Source: an uncultured Methanomassiliicoccaceae archaeon (GTDB lineage Archaea; Thermoplasmatota; Thermoplasmata; Methanomassiliicoccales; UBA472). Taken from it: a DNA stretch of 33,718 nucleotides. The notes beneath the pieces were generated by a model. It saw only the letters and a program-made list of their open reading frames with translations, was not told the DNA's origin and did no database searches. The DNA is taken from assembly GCA_964500045.1 (NCBI GenBank), contig CAZCNG010000003.1, positions 1-33,718 of the forward strand, given 5' to 3'. Position numbers and translations under genes: made by a program. Shown in pieces: positions 1 to 8,838 of this stretch (position 1 is the stretch's first letter; each line of letters opens with the position of its first letter).

Positions 1-842
1 TGCGAGATCATACGTCGATGCAGTCGGCGGCGGATGGTATTCTGTTTGTATTGGGCGAAGTCGTTTCCGGTCTTGCTGCGGACCAGCGTGAGGATGCGGC
101 TCATGGAACTTCTGCTGTCCGCCGGCAAAATGCCATCTTCCGCCGAGGTCAAGAATCCCTTGACGATGTATTCCGCCAGCTTCCCTGGCATCTCGGGAAC
201 TGGCAGCACATAGGTCGCCAGTCCATTCTGTATCGCGCTCACGGGCATGCCATCATACTGTGCGCTGCTCGGGTCCTGGATGAAGGAGACGCCTCCGGCC
301 CCGAGGATCGCCCTCAGCCCCATGGTACCATCGGTACCAGTTCCAGAAAGCAGGATGGCGATCGCTCGTTCTCCTCTATCATCTGCCAGGGAACGGAAGA
401 AAAAATCGATGGGCATCCGGAGGCCGCGCACGGACTCAGGCATTCGCAACTGCAGCTCTCCTTTGACTATGGCCATGTCCCGATTCGGTGGTATCACATA
501 GAGATGGTTCGGCTCGACCAGCATCTTATCGGTCGCTTCGGTCACCGGCATCTTGGTGACCCGCTGTAGGATCTCCGACAACAAGCTCTCATGGCCGGGG
601 TCCAGATGGGAGACGAGGATGAAGGCGGTCCCGCTGTCGCTCGGCATCAAGCGGAAAAGTCCGTCCAGGGCCTCCAATCCACCCGCGGAGGAACCGATGG
701 CCACGATGGGGAATAATTCCTTAGGGGTCGTGATCACATCGCCCTTTGTCTTCCGCACCTTCCCTGCCTTCACCCCAGCGGCGTTCTCAGCATCGCGAGA
801 GCTTCTCCGCTCTCCCCCCTCATGTTTGCCTTCCCCTCTCAT
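1..842 (-). CDS. CheB-type methylesterase / CheR-type methyltransferase fusion protein, N-terminal part (continues past the left edge)
   Basis: Not in the ORF track because no stop lies inside the window. My reverse-strand translation from the ATG at 842 reads MRGEGKHEGG...KELFPIVAIGSSAGGLEALDGLFRLMPSDSGTAFILVSHLDPGHESLLSEILQRVTKMPV...LYVIPPNRDMAIVKGELQL...LSGTGTDGTMGLRAILGAGGVSFIQDPSSAQYDGMP. This carries the CheB Ser/His/Asp blocks. It continues ILTLVRSKTGNDFAQYKQNTIRRRLHRRM, the CheR N-terminal motif. The frame is open to position 1. Confidence 0.85.
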   Translation of the reverse strand, partial: MRGEGKHEGGERRSSRDAENAAGVKAGKVRKTKGDVITTPKELFPIVAIGSSAGGLEALDGLFRLMPSDSGTAFILVSHLDPGHESLLSEILQRVTKMPVTEATDKMLVEPNHLYVIPPNRDMAIVKGELQLRMPESVRGLRMPIDFFFRSLADDRGERAIAILLSGTGTDGTMGLRAILGAGGVSFIQDPSSAQYDGMPVSAIQNGLATYVLPVPEMPGKLAEYIVKGFLTSAEDGILPADSRSSMSRILTLVRSKTGNDFAQYKQNTIRRRLHRRMIS

Positions 843-1221
843 GCTCGCGTCTATGCACTTGTGTGTATAATCTCTTGCGTTCCTCGGTCTCCACCAGGCG
901 AGAATATGCCAACTGAGTGATGTTTTGGTCTCAGAGAATAAAATGGAAAGAGTTTATGGAAGCACGGGCACGACTATCTGATTTTGATAAGAGCATGGAA
1001 ATATTGACTGGCTATGTGATGATGTGTATTCCGATGGGAGCACTCCCATCTCTTCTTTCAAGCGCTATTATTATGAATAGGTCTGCTCGAGGCCGATCGG
1101 CACTGGGGTCCTTTGGTCAAGCCATGCACATTTTCTTATTCTTGGGCGGTCATACCTTGGCGTACGCTCCTGGTCGCATTCTTGAGTGCACTTAGGGAGC
1201 GGACCAGATCATGGGCGGACA

Positions 1222-1542
1222 ATGAAGGCGATCGAGAGGCTGCTGTGGTGGTTGATCGCCGGTAGCGTGGGCGGAATAAACCGGGGACGTATCATCAATA
1301 TTCTCAAAGATCGTCCCTATAATGCCAACCAGCTCACAGAACAACTTGATCTGGACTATAAGACCGTGAGGCACCATCTCGAGATGCTGGAGAAGAACGG
1401 CCTGATAATCCCCATTGGAGATGGATACGGAAAGATGTACGGCCTCTCCCCCCTCCTTGAAGAGAATCTCCCGGTCTTTGAGGAGATATGGGTACGAATT
1501 GGGAAAAAGAATAAGACGGGGTCGGGGGACATGGGAGGATGA
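1222..1542 (+). CDS. ArsR-like winged-helix transcriptional regulator (archaeal LLWWLIAG type)
   Basis: MKAIERLLWWLIAGSVGGINRGRIINILKDRPYNANQLTEQLDLDYKTVRHHLEMLEKNGLI is an HTH plus wing pattern. I chose the internal ATG at 1222 rather than the start of the 1186 ORF. Confidence 0.8.
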   Translation: MKAIERLLWWLIAGSVGGINRGRIINILKDRPYNANQLTEQLDLDYKTVRHHLEMLEKNGLIIPIGDGYGKMYGLSPLLEENLPVFEEIWVRIGKKNKTGSGDMGG

Positions 1543-1546
1543 AGGC

Positions 1547-1957
1547 ATGAGAAGAATCGCTAGCATCGGTTTGGTCGCATTGATCGTCGTGGCGGCCGCT
1601 TTGGTGGGTTGGATGGTGACCATAGTCTATCCGCTTCCGCCTCCGCCTCCGCCTGGACCTCCGCCGAATGATAACCCATGGTACTACAATGCCAACGTAG
1701 TGCTCTCGACGGTCAACACCGCGCTTCTGATAGCGATAGTGTACATCTACGTAGGCATCTATCGCGAGATCAAGTCCAAGATAACGCTCGGTCAGATACT
1801 GGTGATGCTCGCTTTCCTAGCCTACGCCATCACATCCAATCCCGCATTGCAGTTGGCGTTCGGATTCCGCGCTGAAGGGCTGGGGCCTTTCGCCATGATT
1901 CCCGACCTCTTCGCAGCCATTGCGTTGTCGATCCTCCTGCAGATGAGCTTGGAATGA
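1547..1957 (+). CDS. small multi-pass membrane protein with a polyproline tract
   Basis: The ATG at 1547 lies 4 nt after the regulator stop. MRRIASIGLVALIVVAAALVGWMV (TM) is followed by YPLPPPPPPGPPPNDNPW and at least two more hydrophobic helices. No family recognised. Confidence 0.7.
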   Translation: MRRIASIGLVALIVVAAALVGWMVTIVYPLPPPPPPGPPPNDNPWYYNANVVLSTVNTALLIAIVYIYVGIYREIKSKITLGQILVMLAFLAYAITSNPALQLAFGFRAEGLGPFAMIPDLFAAIALSILLQMSLE

Positions 1958-2033
1958 GGTCCGATCGATTCTGGAATGATTTGGGTATGATTTTGGTCAA
2001 AGGGGATTAAGGCCTGCGTCATCACACGTTTGT

Positions 2034-3638
2034 ATGGATAGCAGTAAGGATGCTCATCTCGATCTACCATCTCGAGATGACGCGCCCATCGGTGCGAGGA
2101 CCAGCGATTCCGATCGTGGCAATTGGCTCTCGAAGAATCTGACGGAGAGAAATGTCGCCATCGCGATCTTTGGTCTCTTCTTGGTCATGGCCCTCCTGAT
2201 CTGTTGCGTTCCCTACGATCCGGGAACGGACCTCGCCGACGCCGTCACCAATGACATTTGGGTCGAGTACTATTCGAAGGGGATCTTCAGTCTCCCCTAC
2301 GCCGATTGGTCCTACGGCGTGACCCAGAGTGTCGTGGTCTGGCACGACGGCCAATACCAAGTGGTCAACGAGAAAGGCCCTGGACATGCGTTGATGTTGG
2401 TCCCGTTCTACCTGCTGGACCTCGGATTCCTATTCGGTCCCTTGATGGTCGCGCTCGCCGTCCTGGCGACCTACATGCTCGGGAAGCGGCTCTTTAATTG
2501 GCGCGTCGGAGCGATCGCGGCCGTGCTGGTCCTCACCGACGTCAGCGTGGTCATGATGTGGTATCGCTACTACTGGACCGACGCCTCCACCATGTCTCTG
2601 CTCGTCCTCTCCATATGGCTCATGATCGAGGCGAACTATTGGATCAACGGCAGGTCCCTCGACCCTCGCAAGGTCATTCCCTCCACTCGGAAGCAGAAGG
2701 CGATCGCCGCAGTCCTGGGCGCCCTGGCCGGTCTGTCCTTCGGAGCCTCTGTGTCCACCCGCTATGCCACGGCGCTCATCCTCATACCCATTCTGCTCTA
2801 CTTCGCCATGTTCTACCTGATGAGGGCGTGGCCCTACCTGAGGGCACGCAAGCTCACATCGGGGGTGCGGTCTTCGTTCAGGGCTTGGCCCCTCCTATTG
2901 ATGTTCGCCACCGGCTTGCTCTGCGTCCTGGTCCCGCTCATGGCCTACAACTCAGAGTACTTTGGCGCCCCCTTGCTCTCCGGGTTTGATCAGACCACGC
3001 TGCAGCAGTTCTTGCAGTTGGGCACCACGACCGAGCGGGACACTTCCACGGAATGGATCTCCGGCTCCTCTGACAACCTGTCCACCGCCGCCAGCAACTT
3101 CGTGGAGATATTGCCGGTGCTGATCGCTCGGATGCCGTTCCTGCTCCTGCTGCCGCTGGGCATATGGTTCATTAGGAAGAGCTACCCCACCCTGGCACTC
3201 TTGTCCGTGTGGGTCACGGTCAATTTCTACACCTATCTCTCGATCTCCTGGGTCAGCATGTATGCCAGCATGCCCGTGCAGATACTCTATGAGCCCAGGT
3301 ACTTCATCCCATCCGTGCCTGCGGTAGCTCTATTGGCCGGCGTGGCCATAGCTCGTTTGGCGCCCAAGTTGGCGAGTTGGATCGCTAGAAGAAGAAACAC
3401 CCATCACCATTCTCCTAGATCGTCCACAGTGGTGGTCGTGGTGCTCATGACGGCGGCATTGGTACTGTGCAGCCTCGCACCCTCCGCCGGCTTCTTTGCG
3501 GCTGCAGGACAGGGGGGAGGACAAGGTCCCCCACAGGGTCAACCCCCGGGCCAGGGCGGGCCGCCAACGAACGGGTCTGCCACCCCCGACGGGAGCCGTC
3601 TCCCTCCAACGACGTCTGCTGCTGAAGGTGGAACCTGA
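2034..3638 (+). CDS. polytopic membrane glycosyltransferase, GT-C fold (ArnT/PMT, GT39-like)
   Basis: 534 aa with more than 10 hydrophobic helices. The first loop has acidic and aromatic residues plus EKGPGHALMLVPFYLL, resembling ArnT/PMT_2 proteins. The C-terminal tail is low-complexity G/P/Q (GQGGGQGPPQGQPPGQGGPP). Confidence 0.55.
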   Translation: MDSSKDAHLDLPSRDDAPIGARTSDSDRGNWLSKNLTERNVAIAIFGLFLVMALLICCVPYDPGTDLADAVTNDIWVEYYSKGIFSLPYADWSYGVTQSVVVWHDGQYQVVNEKGPGHALMLVPFYLLDLGFLFGPLMVALAVLATYMLGKRLFNWRVGAIAAVLVLTDVSVVMMWYRYYWTDASTMSLLVLSIWLMIEANYWINGRSLDPRKVIPSTRKQKAIAAVLGALAGLSFGASVSTRYATALILIPILLYFAMFYLMRAWPYLRARKLTSGVRSSFRAWPLLLMFATGLLCVLVPLMAYNSEYFGAPLLSGFDQTTLQQFLQLGTTTERDTSTEWISGSSDNLSTAASNFVEILPVLIARMPFLLLLPLGIWFIRKSYPTLALLSVWVTVNFYTYLSISWVSMYASMPVQILYEPRYFIPSVPAVALLAGVAIARLAPKLASWIARRRNTHHHSPRSSTVVVVVLMTAALVLCSLAPSAGFFAAAGQGGGQGPPQGQPPGQGGPPTNGSATPDGSRLPPTTSAAEGGT

Positions 3639-3666
3639 GTCAATGGAGGGTGTCATTGTGCGATCG

Positions 3667-5376
3667 TCATGAATGGTCTTCACTAGCATTCTTGTAATTG
3701 GTAATGACCTCATCTATGTCTTCAAAGACGGATCCCTCTCCAATGTCAGCGATGACCTCAAAACGGCGCAATTCGGTCATTACGTGAGGGGACACTGAGA
3801 TGAACACCAGTTTGATCCTTCTTGAGCTCAGGTCCTCGAATATCTGCTGCAAAGTTAGCGCAGAGGACACATCCACATCGGACACCGCCGAGAAATCGAT
3901 GCACAGCCAGCGCACCGGTGGCCTATCTTCTTTGGTGAGGTCCATGGCCTCGATCAGCATCAGCTCGGAATTGGCGTAGTACATGCCGTGATTGAAGCGG
4001 TAGATCATCAATCCCGGTTCCATCTGTTGAGGGGCATCCACTGGCAGCAGGTTCACGTGACCGTGTTCATCCATCGTGACCACCGAGTTCCTAGGATGGT
4101 ACCCCTGACGGACATGGTAGAGGAGCGAAAGGATGATGGCCAGGACCACCGCCTCTCCGATGCCTACGAATACGATCGCCAGTATGGTGAATACAGCGAT
4201 CCCGAATTCGGGGAGGCTCTTCAGGTAGATATGCTTCAATCCCTGGAGGTTGATCATACCCAGGCCGATCAGGAAGACTAAGGCCGATAACGCCGCGATC
4301 GGCAGGAATGAAAGCGGTGTGGTCAGGAATAGAAGCACCAGTATTACGATGCCGACCACGATGAGCGAGGACAATTGGCTCCTGGCCCCAGCACTGTCAC
4401 CGACCTCGGTCTGGGACGCTCCGCCATTCACGACGAATGTGCCCGAGATGCTGGCACCAAGATTAGCTAGGGAGAGGCCGAGGATATCACCGTTCTCGTC
4501 GACCCTCTCCTTGTGCTTGTTGGCATAGGCCCGGGAAAGGGAGGCGCTCTGCGCTATGATGACCACGAAGAGGGCCAGGACCGTGGGCAGCAGCTGCGAG
4601 ATGACCGCCACATCCAGGAGCTGAGGCATAGATATCTGCGGAAGACCCGCCTGCATCGGCCCGATGATGGGGACCCCATGCGCGCCCAAATCTAGGATCC
4701 AGCTGAAGAAGATGGCCGCGACCACTGCCACGAGCATGGCCAGGTGTTTCCCGGGGAGCCGCCGCATTGCGAAGATGCCGATGATCACCAGCGCTGCGAT
4801 GGTGAAGGTGGCGATGCTCATCTGGGGTAGATGCTGGATTATGATCGCTATCTTGTCCAGTAGGCTGTGGCCGCCACCCTGGACGCCCAACATGGGCGGT
4901 ATCTGGGCGATGGCAATGTCGATGCCGATGCCGGTCAGAAGACCCAAGATGACGGTCCTGGAGAGAAAATCGGCAAGGAAACCCATCCTCATCAGACGGG
5001 CCAGGAGCAGAAGTAGGCCGGTAAGGAGCGCTATCACGGCCGCCAGAGCGAAGTATTGGGCGGTGCCGGCGATGGCGACGGCGGCCAATCCGGTGGCCAT
5101 GATGGCGGCGCTGGCCGAATCCGCACCGACAATAAGATGCCTTGATGACCCGAAGAGAGCGAAGAGGGCTAGGGGTATGAGCATCGTGTAGAGTCCGCTC
5201 ACCACCGGCATGCCAGCGATGGCGGTGTAGCCGATGGCCTGCGGGACACAGACCGCCGCCAGGATGACGCCGGCCAGGATCTCTGCGCGCAACTTGCCGC
5301 GGCTCAGGGGAAGGACACCATCCATGAAGTGTATCCTGTGGGCCGCCCGGCTCAGTCTTCCACCCTGTTCCTTCAT
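3667..5376 (-). CDS. SulP-family inorganic anion (sulfate) permease with C-terminal STAS domain
   Basis: LRAEILAGVILAAVCVPQAIGYTAIAGMPVVSGLYTMLIPLALFALFGSSRHLIVGADSA is a canonical SulP N-terminus. The polytopic core is followed by a STAS-like tail (WLCIDFSAVSDVDVSSALTLQQIFEDL). Confidence 0.9.
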   Translation of the reverse strand: MKEQGGRLSRAAHRIHFMDGVLPLSRGKLRAEILAGVILAAVCVPQAIGYTAIAGMPVVSGLYTMLIPLALFALFGSSRHLIVGADSASAAIMATGLAAVAIAGTAQYFALAAVIALLTGLLLLLARLMRMGFLADFLSRTVILGLLTGIGIDIAIAQIPPMLGVQGGGHSLLDKIAIIIQHLPQMSIATFTIAALVIIGIFAMRRLPGKHLAMLVAVVAAIFFSWILDLGAHGVPIIGPMQAGLPQISMPQLLDVAVISQLLPTVLALFVVIIAQSASLSRAYANKHKERVDENGDILGLSLANLGASISGTFVVNGGASQTEVGDSAGARSQLSSLIVVGIVILVLLFLTTPLSFLPIAALSALVFLIGLGMINLQGLKHIYLKSLPEFGIAVFTILAIVFVGIGEAVVLAIILSLLYHVRQGYHPRNSVVTMDEHGHVNLLPVDAPQQMEPGLMIYRFNHGMYYANSELMLIEAMDLTKEDRPPVRWLCIDFSAVSDVDVSSALTLQQIFEDLSSRRIKLVFISVSPHVMTELRRFEVIADIGEGSVFEDIDEVITNYKNASEDHS

Positions 5377-5695
5377 GAGGTCCCCACATTACCCGATATG
5401 GTCCGTCCTGGGTACGAACGTGATTGGCGATCATATCTCCAATTCGGTATTTTAATGCCTTACGCCCTTGCACCACCGGTCTCCCTGGTCGCCGGCTGCG
5501 CCGTTTCCAATCCCATCTTTCCCGGCTCTAGGTCGAACCGGTCCCTCATGGTCAAGTGGCGGGCGCGGGGAGATCCCTCTTGGAGGGGTCAATCGACGGC
5601 ATCGAGGTCCGAAGCAATTGTTTGCGCCCTAATATTCACGGGGCCTTCGCGGCGACCTAGGGATCGGTGCGAAGCTCTCTTCCATAGCAACGATA

Positions 5696-6340
5696 ATGAT
5701 TACTTTGGTGCATGTGCCTTCCATGCCCGAGGACCAGCACATCGACCGGATCACAGCCCTCTTGACCATCCTGGTGGCCATCTGCGCGACCACTTCCGGC
5801 GCTGCTGGCTATCTATCCGCCTCGGCCAACAACCGCGCTGGCGGTTACTCCACCGACAGCATGAAGACGCTGAACATGGCGACGACACAATACCTGCAGG
5901 CGCTGCAGGAGCTGCTGCACGATAACGATCTCAACGGCCAGGCCAAGTTCCTGGAATACCAGAACGAGAGCGCGCTGGCAGTCCTCATTCGGCAGGAGAT
6001 GTTCTCGGTCCAAATGGACTACATACTGACCAATGGGAGTGGGGCGGCGCGCTACGATTACAACTACTCGGAAGCCTGGCTAGCCTTTATGGACGACGAG
6101 CTCGGCATCTCCGAGTCCACTTACAACAGGTCCTTTGAGCTTTCCATCCTTTCCTCGAAGGAATCTGCAGATGCCGAGGCGTACCTGCTGGTCACGGTAT
6201 TCATGGCGGTAGGCGCATTGATGGGCACCGCCGCTCTCTCCACCCGCAACAATGGAGCCAAGAAAGCCCTGATCACCATGATCATGTGCATACTGGTGGG
6301 TGCCATCGCGTATGCTTCCTATGCGGCCTGGGTGGCCTGA
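5696..6340 (+). CDS. hypothetical membrane-anchored protein (N- and C-terminal TM helices, helical middle)
   Basis: 214-aa ORF with hydrophobic helices ITALLTILVAICATT, AYLLVTVFMAVGALMGTAAL and LITMIMCILVGAIAYASYAAWV. No motif recognised; the start could be the internal ATG at 5723. Confidence 0.55.
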   Translation: MITLVHVPSMPEDQHIDRITALLTILVAICATTSGAAGYLSASANNRAGGYSTDSMKTLNMATTQYLQALQELLHDNDLNGQAKFLEYQNESALAVLIRQEMFSVQMDYILTNGSGAARYDYNYSEAWLAFMDDELGISESTYNRSFELSILSSKESADAEAYLLVTVFMAVGALMGTAALSTRNNGAKKALITMIMCILVGAIAYASYAAWVA

Positions 6341-6394
6341 TGCGCTTTGCGTTCTCGGAGCCGAGTATGCAGCAATGACTGGGGCCGGAGATGA

Positions 6395-6850
6395 TCACTT
6401 ACCGTTGACCGATGCCGCGATCTTCTTCCCTAGCTCCACTGCTTTCGCTTCCTCGCCCTCCGCCAAGGGGCCTTTGGTCTTGACCACGACGAACCACTGC
6501 GGTGTCGTTACTGCCTTGGCGCCAGCTTCCGTCAGGGTCTCGCCCATCTTCTCCGCCGCGCCGCGTCCATCGGCGTTGGCGAAACGCGTATCGAAGGTTG
6601 CCACCTTCTTGCCCGAGGCTCCCGCCGCTATCGCCCGTTTCACTGCCTTCTTGGCCGTCCCGGTCGCCCCGCCGATGTGCACCGGTGAGCCGAACACCCA
6701 GAGATCCGCTGCTTTAAGTTCCGCCTCGGTGGCGTCCTCCGCTTTCTTCGCGACAGCGTCCAGACCAGAGTCCTTGAGTCCGGTCAAGATGGCCCTGGCG
6801 ATCTTCTCGGTGTTCCCGTGCTGAGTATCGTAAACGACTAGTGCTTTCAA
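6395..6850 (-). CDS. flavodoxin-family protein
   Basis: MKALVVYDTQHGNTEKIA carries the FMN phosphate loop T-x-x-G-x-T, followed by DLWVFGSPVHIGG. Confidence 0.85.
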   Translation of the reverse strand: MKALVVYDTQHGNTEKIARAILTGLKDSGLDAVAKKAEDATEAELKAADLWVFGSPVHIGGATGTAKKAVKRAIAAGASGKKVATFDTRFANADGRGAAEKMGETLTEAGAKAVTTPQWFVVVKTKGPLAEGEEAKAVELGKKIAASVNGK

Positions 6851-6975
6851 TCGGATTCCCCCAAGGAGGCACTGCCTCCACCGTCGTATTCATTTGGCGA
6901 CGGGGATATCAATGCTTCCATCGTGCTCCTCGACCCGAAAATGGAATCGGCAGCAGGAAGGTCGTCTCTCCACGA

Positions 6976-7719
6976 TCAAGACAGCCGGTGGTCGATCCTC
7001 TTGGACAGGTCGGCCTTCTTTCCGAGCTGCTTGCCCGAGGCGTCGATCACATGGCCGTCATGAATGACGATCTCGCCATCGACTATAGCTTTGATCGCCT
7101 CCATGAGCAGCAGCGCCTCGCGCCGCACTCCCTCGGCGCGAATGACCTTGGCGAGATCCTCCCTATTGGCGCCAGGAGATCTGAATCTCTTCACATCAAA
7201 GGAATCGAAGGCGATGGTATCTCCTCTATCCAGGTCAGGGGTGCATAGGTGCACCGTGGCGCCGTAGCGGTCGTCGCCGTTGTCTACCACCTGGTCAACG
7301 ATCTCCTCCCAGGTGCCTTTGTATGAATCAGGCAGTGCCGGATGCAAGTTTATGATGGTATGGCGGCGGCAGGTCTCCGGGTCCAGGATCAGCATGTATC
7401 CAGCTAGTACGCCGATGTCCATAGGATACTTGGCGATGCGTTCCCGCATGCCGGCGCCGTAGGCCTCGCGCCAGGCGGCAGTATCTCTTTCCTTCAGGTC
7501 GGGGCGGAACGAATCAGAAGGGAATATTTCTACGCGAGCGCCTCTATCTTCGACCATCTTGATCATGCGCGCCCGATTCTGGTTGCCCTTGACCTCGCGG
7601 TTGATGTACATGAATGATAGTTCGGCGCGGATGTCCTCGGAGTCCAGGCGCTGCAGCATGGTGTTGAGCAGGTTGAACGAGCCAGCGCCGCGAGCGGTGG
7701 TGAACCAGCCGATCTTCAT
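6976..7719 (-). CDS. formyltransferase-fold protein (PurN-like)
   Basis: I take the ATG at 7719 (MKIGWFTTARGAGS) as the start. The upstream 138 codons of the 385-aa ORF overlap the agmatinase gene and are R/G/H-rich. INLHPALPDSYKG and PDLDRGDTIAF match the PurN Asn-His...Asp catalytic blocks. Confidence 0.7.
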   Translation of the reverse strand: MKIGWFTTARGAGSFNLLNTMLQRLDSEDIRAELSFMYINREVKGNQNRARMIKMVEDRGARVEIFPSDSFRPDLKERDTAAWREAYGAGMRERIAKYPMDIGVLAGYMLILDPETCRRHTIINLHPALPDSYKGTWEEIVDQVVDNGDDRYGATVHLCTPDLDRGDTIAFDSFDVKRFRSPGANREDLAKVIRAEGVRREALLLMEAIKAIVDGEIVIHDGHVIDASGKQLGKKADLSKRIDHRLS

Positions 7720-7823
7720 CAAGGGAACGCCTCGGTCCAGGATACTATCTGCCACGATATCAACGCTTTCTCGCACGAAGCCCGACGCGTCTCTTGTCGA
7801 CCCCTCATTTTCGACGGGGGTAC

Positions 7824-8786
7824 CTACTTCTCCAGCATCAGCTCGAGGATGTAGTAGGCCAGCGCCGCCCCGGCCAGGCTGGTGATCTGCCCCGGACCGT
7901 CGTAGACCGGGGCCACTTCGACCACATCGCCGCCGATTATGTTGAGGCCAGATAGACCACGTAGTATCTGACGTGCCTGAGCGGTGGAGGGGCCTCCGAT
8001 CACCGGTGTTCCGGTTCCAGGCGCATAGGCCGGATCGAGAAAATCGATGTCGAAGGTCAGGTAGGCCTTCTTCCTGCCAATCACCTTGCGGATCTCCTTG
8101 ATGGTCTCCTTCATGCCGTTCTCGAGCATCCAATCCGCTCCTAGCATGGTGTGGCCCTTGGTGCTCTCCAGCTTCCCCATGTCGGTGCGGATGCCCAGGT
8201 GCACGACCTTGAGCGGGTCGATGAGGCCTTCGTTCTCCGCCTCGGCGAACGGGCTTCCATGGAATGATTTCGGGTACAGGTCATAGGTGTCGGTATGGCT
8301 ATCGAAATGGATCAACGCCAGTCCATTCCCGTGGCGCCGGGCATGGGCTCTCAACAAGGGTAAGCTTACGGTGTGATCGCCTCCCAGAGCGATGATCTTC
8401 GGCCCTTGCTGTAGGATGCGCCACGTCTCTGCCTCGATGACCATCATGGCATGCTCGAGATCTCCGGTATAGAAACGCACATCACCCGCATCCACGATCC
8501 TGTGTCTGCTGAAGAAGTCTGGTCTGGTGATCTCGCCGGTGGAATAGTAGACGCTGGCCTCCCTCATGGAGCGCGGGCCGAACCTGGCGCCGGGACGGTT
8601 CGAGGTACCCAGGTCGAAGGGCAGTCCCAATGCCACCGCATCGGCGCCGGCCACCTCCTGCTCGAAGGGCACTCCGTAGAAACTCATCACCCCTGGCATG
8701 GACCTCGGTCCCAGGCCCTTGAGCCAATCCCTTAGGATGTCGTCCTTCCCTGTGCCGGCTCCGCTCTCGGTCTTGCCTTTGGCCAT
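7824..8786 (-). CDS. speB: agmatinase (ureohydrolase family)
   Basis: GLPFDLGTSNRPGARFGPRSMREAS, HFDSHTDTYD, GGDHTVSLPLL and LTFDIDFLDPAYAPGTGTPVIGG are the Mn-binding ureohydrolase motifs in the agmatinase arrangement. Start taken at MAKGK (8786); the stop is TAG. Confidence 0.85.
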   Translation of the reverse strand: MAKGKTESGAGTGKDDILRDWLKGLGPRSMPGVMSFYGVPFEQEVAGADAVALGLPFDLGTSNRPGARFGPRSMREASVYYSTGEITRPDFFSRHRIVDAGDVRFYTGDLEHAMMVIEAETWRILQQGPKIIALGGDHTVSLPLLRAHARRHGNGLALIHFDSHTDTYDLYPKSFHGSPFAEAENEGLIDPLKVVHLGIRTDMGKLESTKGHTMLGADWMLENGMKETIKEIRKVIGRKKAYLTFDIDFLDPAYAPGTGTPVIGGPSTAQARQILRGLSGLNIIGGDVVEVAPVYDGPGQITSLAGAALAYYILELMLEK

Positions 8787-8838
8787 GGTGCGTACCCAGC
8801 GATGGTAGGGAGCCAACAGATGATAAAGACCTGCTGCG

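Noticed and set aside
18-569. 183-aa plus-strand ORF at the left edge
   Set aside because: It is antisense to a reverse-strand frame with unmistakable CheB/CheR motifs. Its own sequence is R/G/H-rich with no motif, as expected for the shadow of a GC-rich gene.
917-1195. 92-codon ORF in the AT-rich spacer, plus a GTGATGA heptamer (1016-1022) that could be a C/D-box sRNA C box
   Set aside because: The ORF has no recognisable features and sits in promoter-like AT-rich DNA. For the sRNA idea, I found no properly spaced CUGA D/D' boxes or a second C' box downstream.
4487-5476. 329-aa minus-strand ORF overlapping the SulP gene in another frame
   Set aside because: Extremely R/H/G/P-rich (…HRHRHCHRPDTAH…), whereas the overlapping frame encodes a textbook SulP permease.
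7824-7826. TAG stops (agmatinase 7824-7826, thioesterase 8839-8841, proC 26141-26143) as possible pyrrolysine read-through sites in a Pyl-using lineage
   Set aside because: Each protein ends at the normal family C-terminus. For agmatinase, read-through would add only about 34 residues of non-protein-like sequence before the next stop. No methylamine methyltransferase-type gene with an in-frame TAG is present.
7720-8133. N-terminal 138 codons of the 385-aa ORF 6976-8133
   Set aside because: They overlap the 3' end of the agmatinase gene out of frame and are low-complexity R/G/H-rich. The formyltransferase fold begins at the ATG at 7719 (MKIGWFTTARG).
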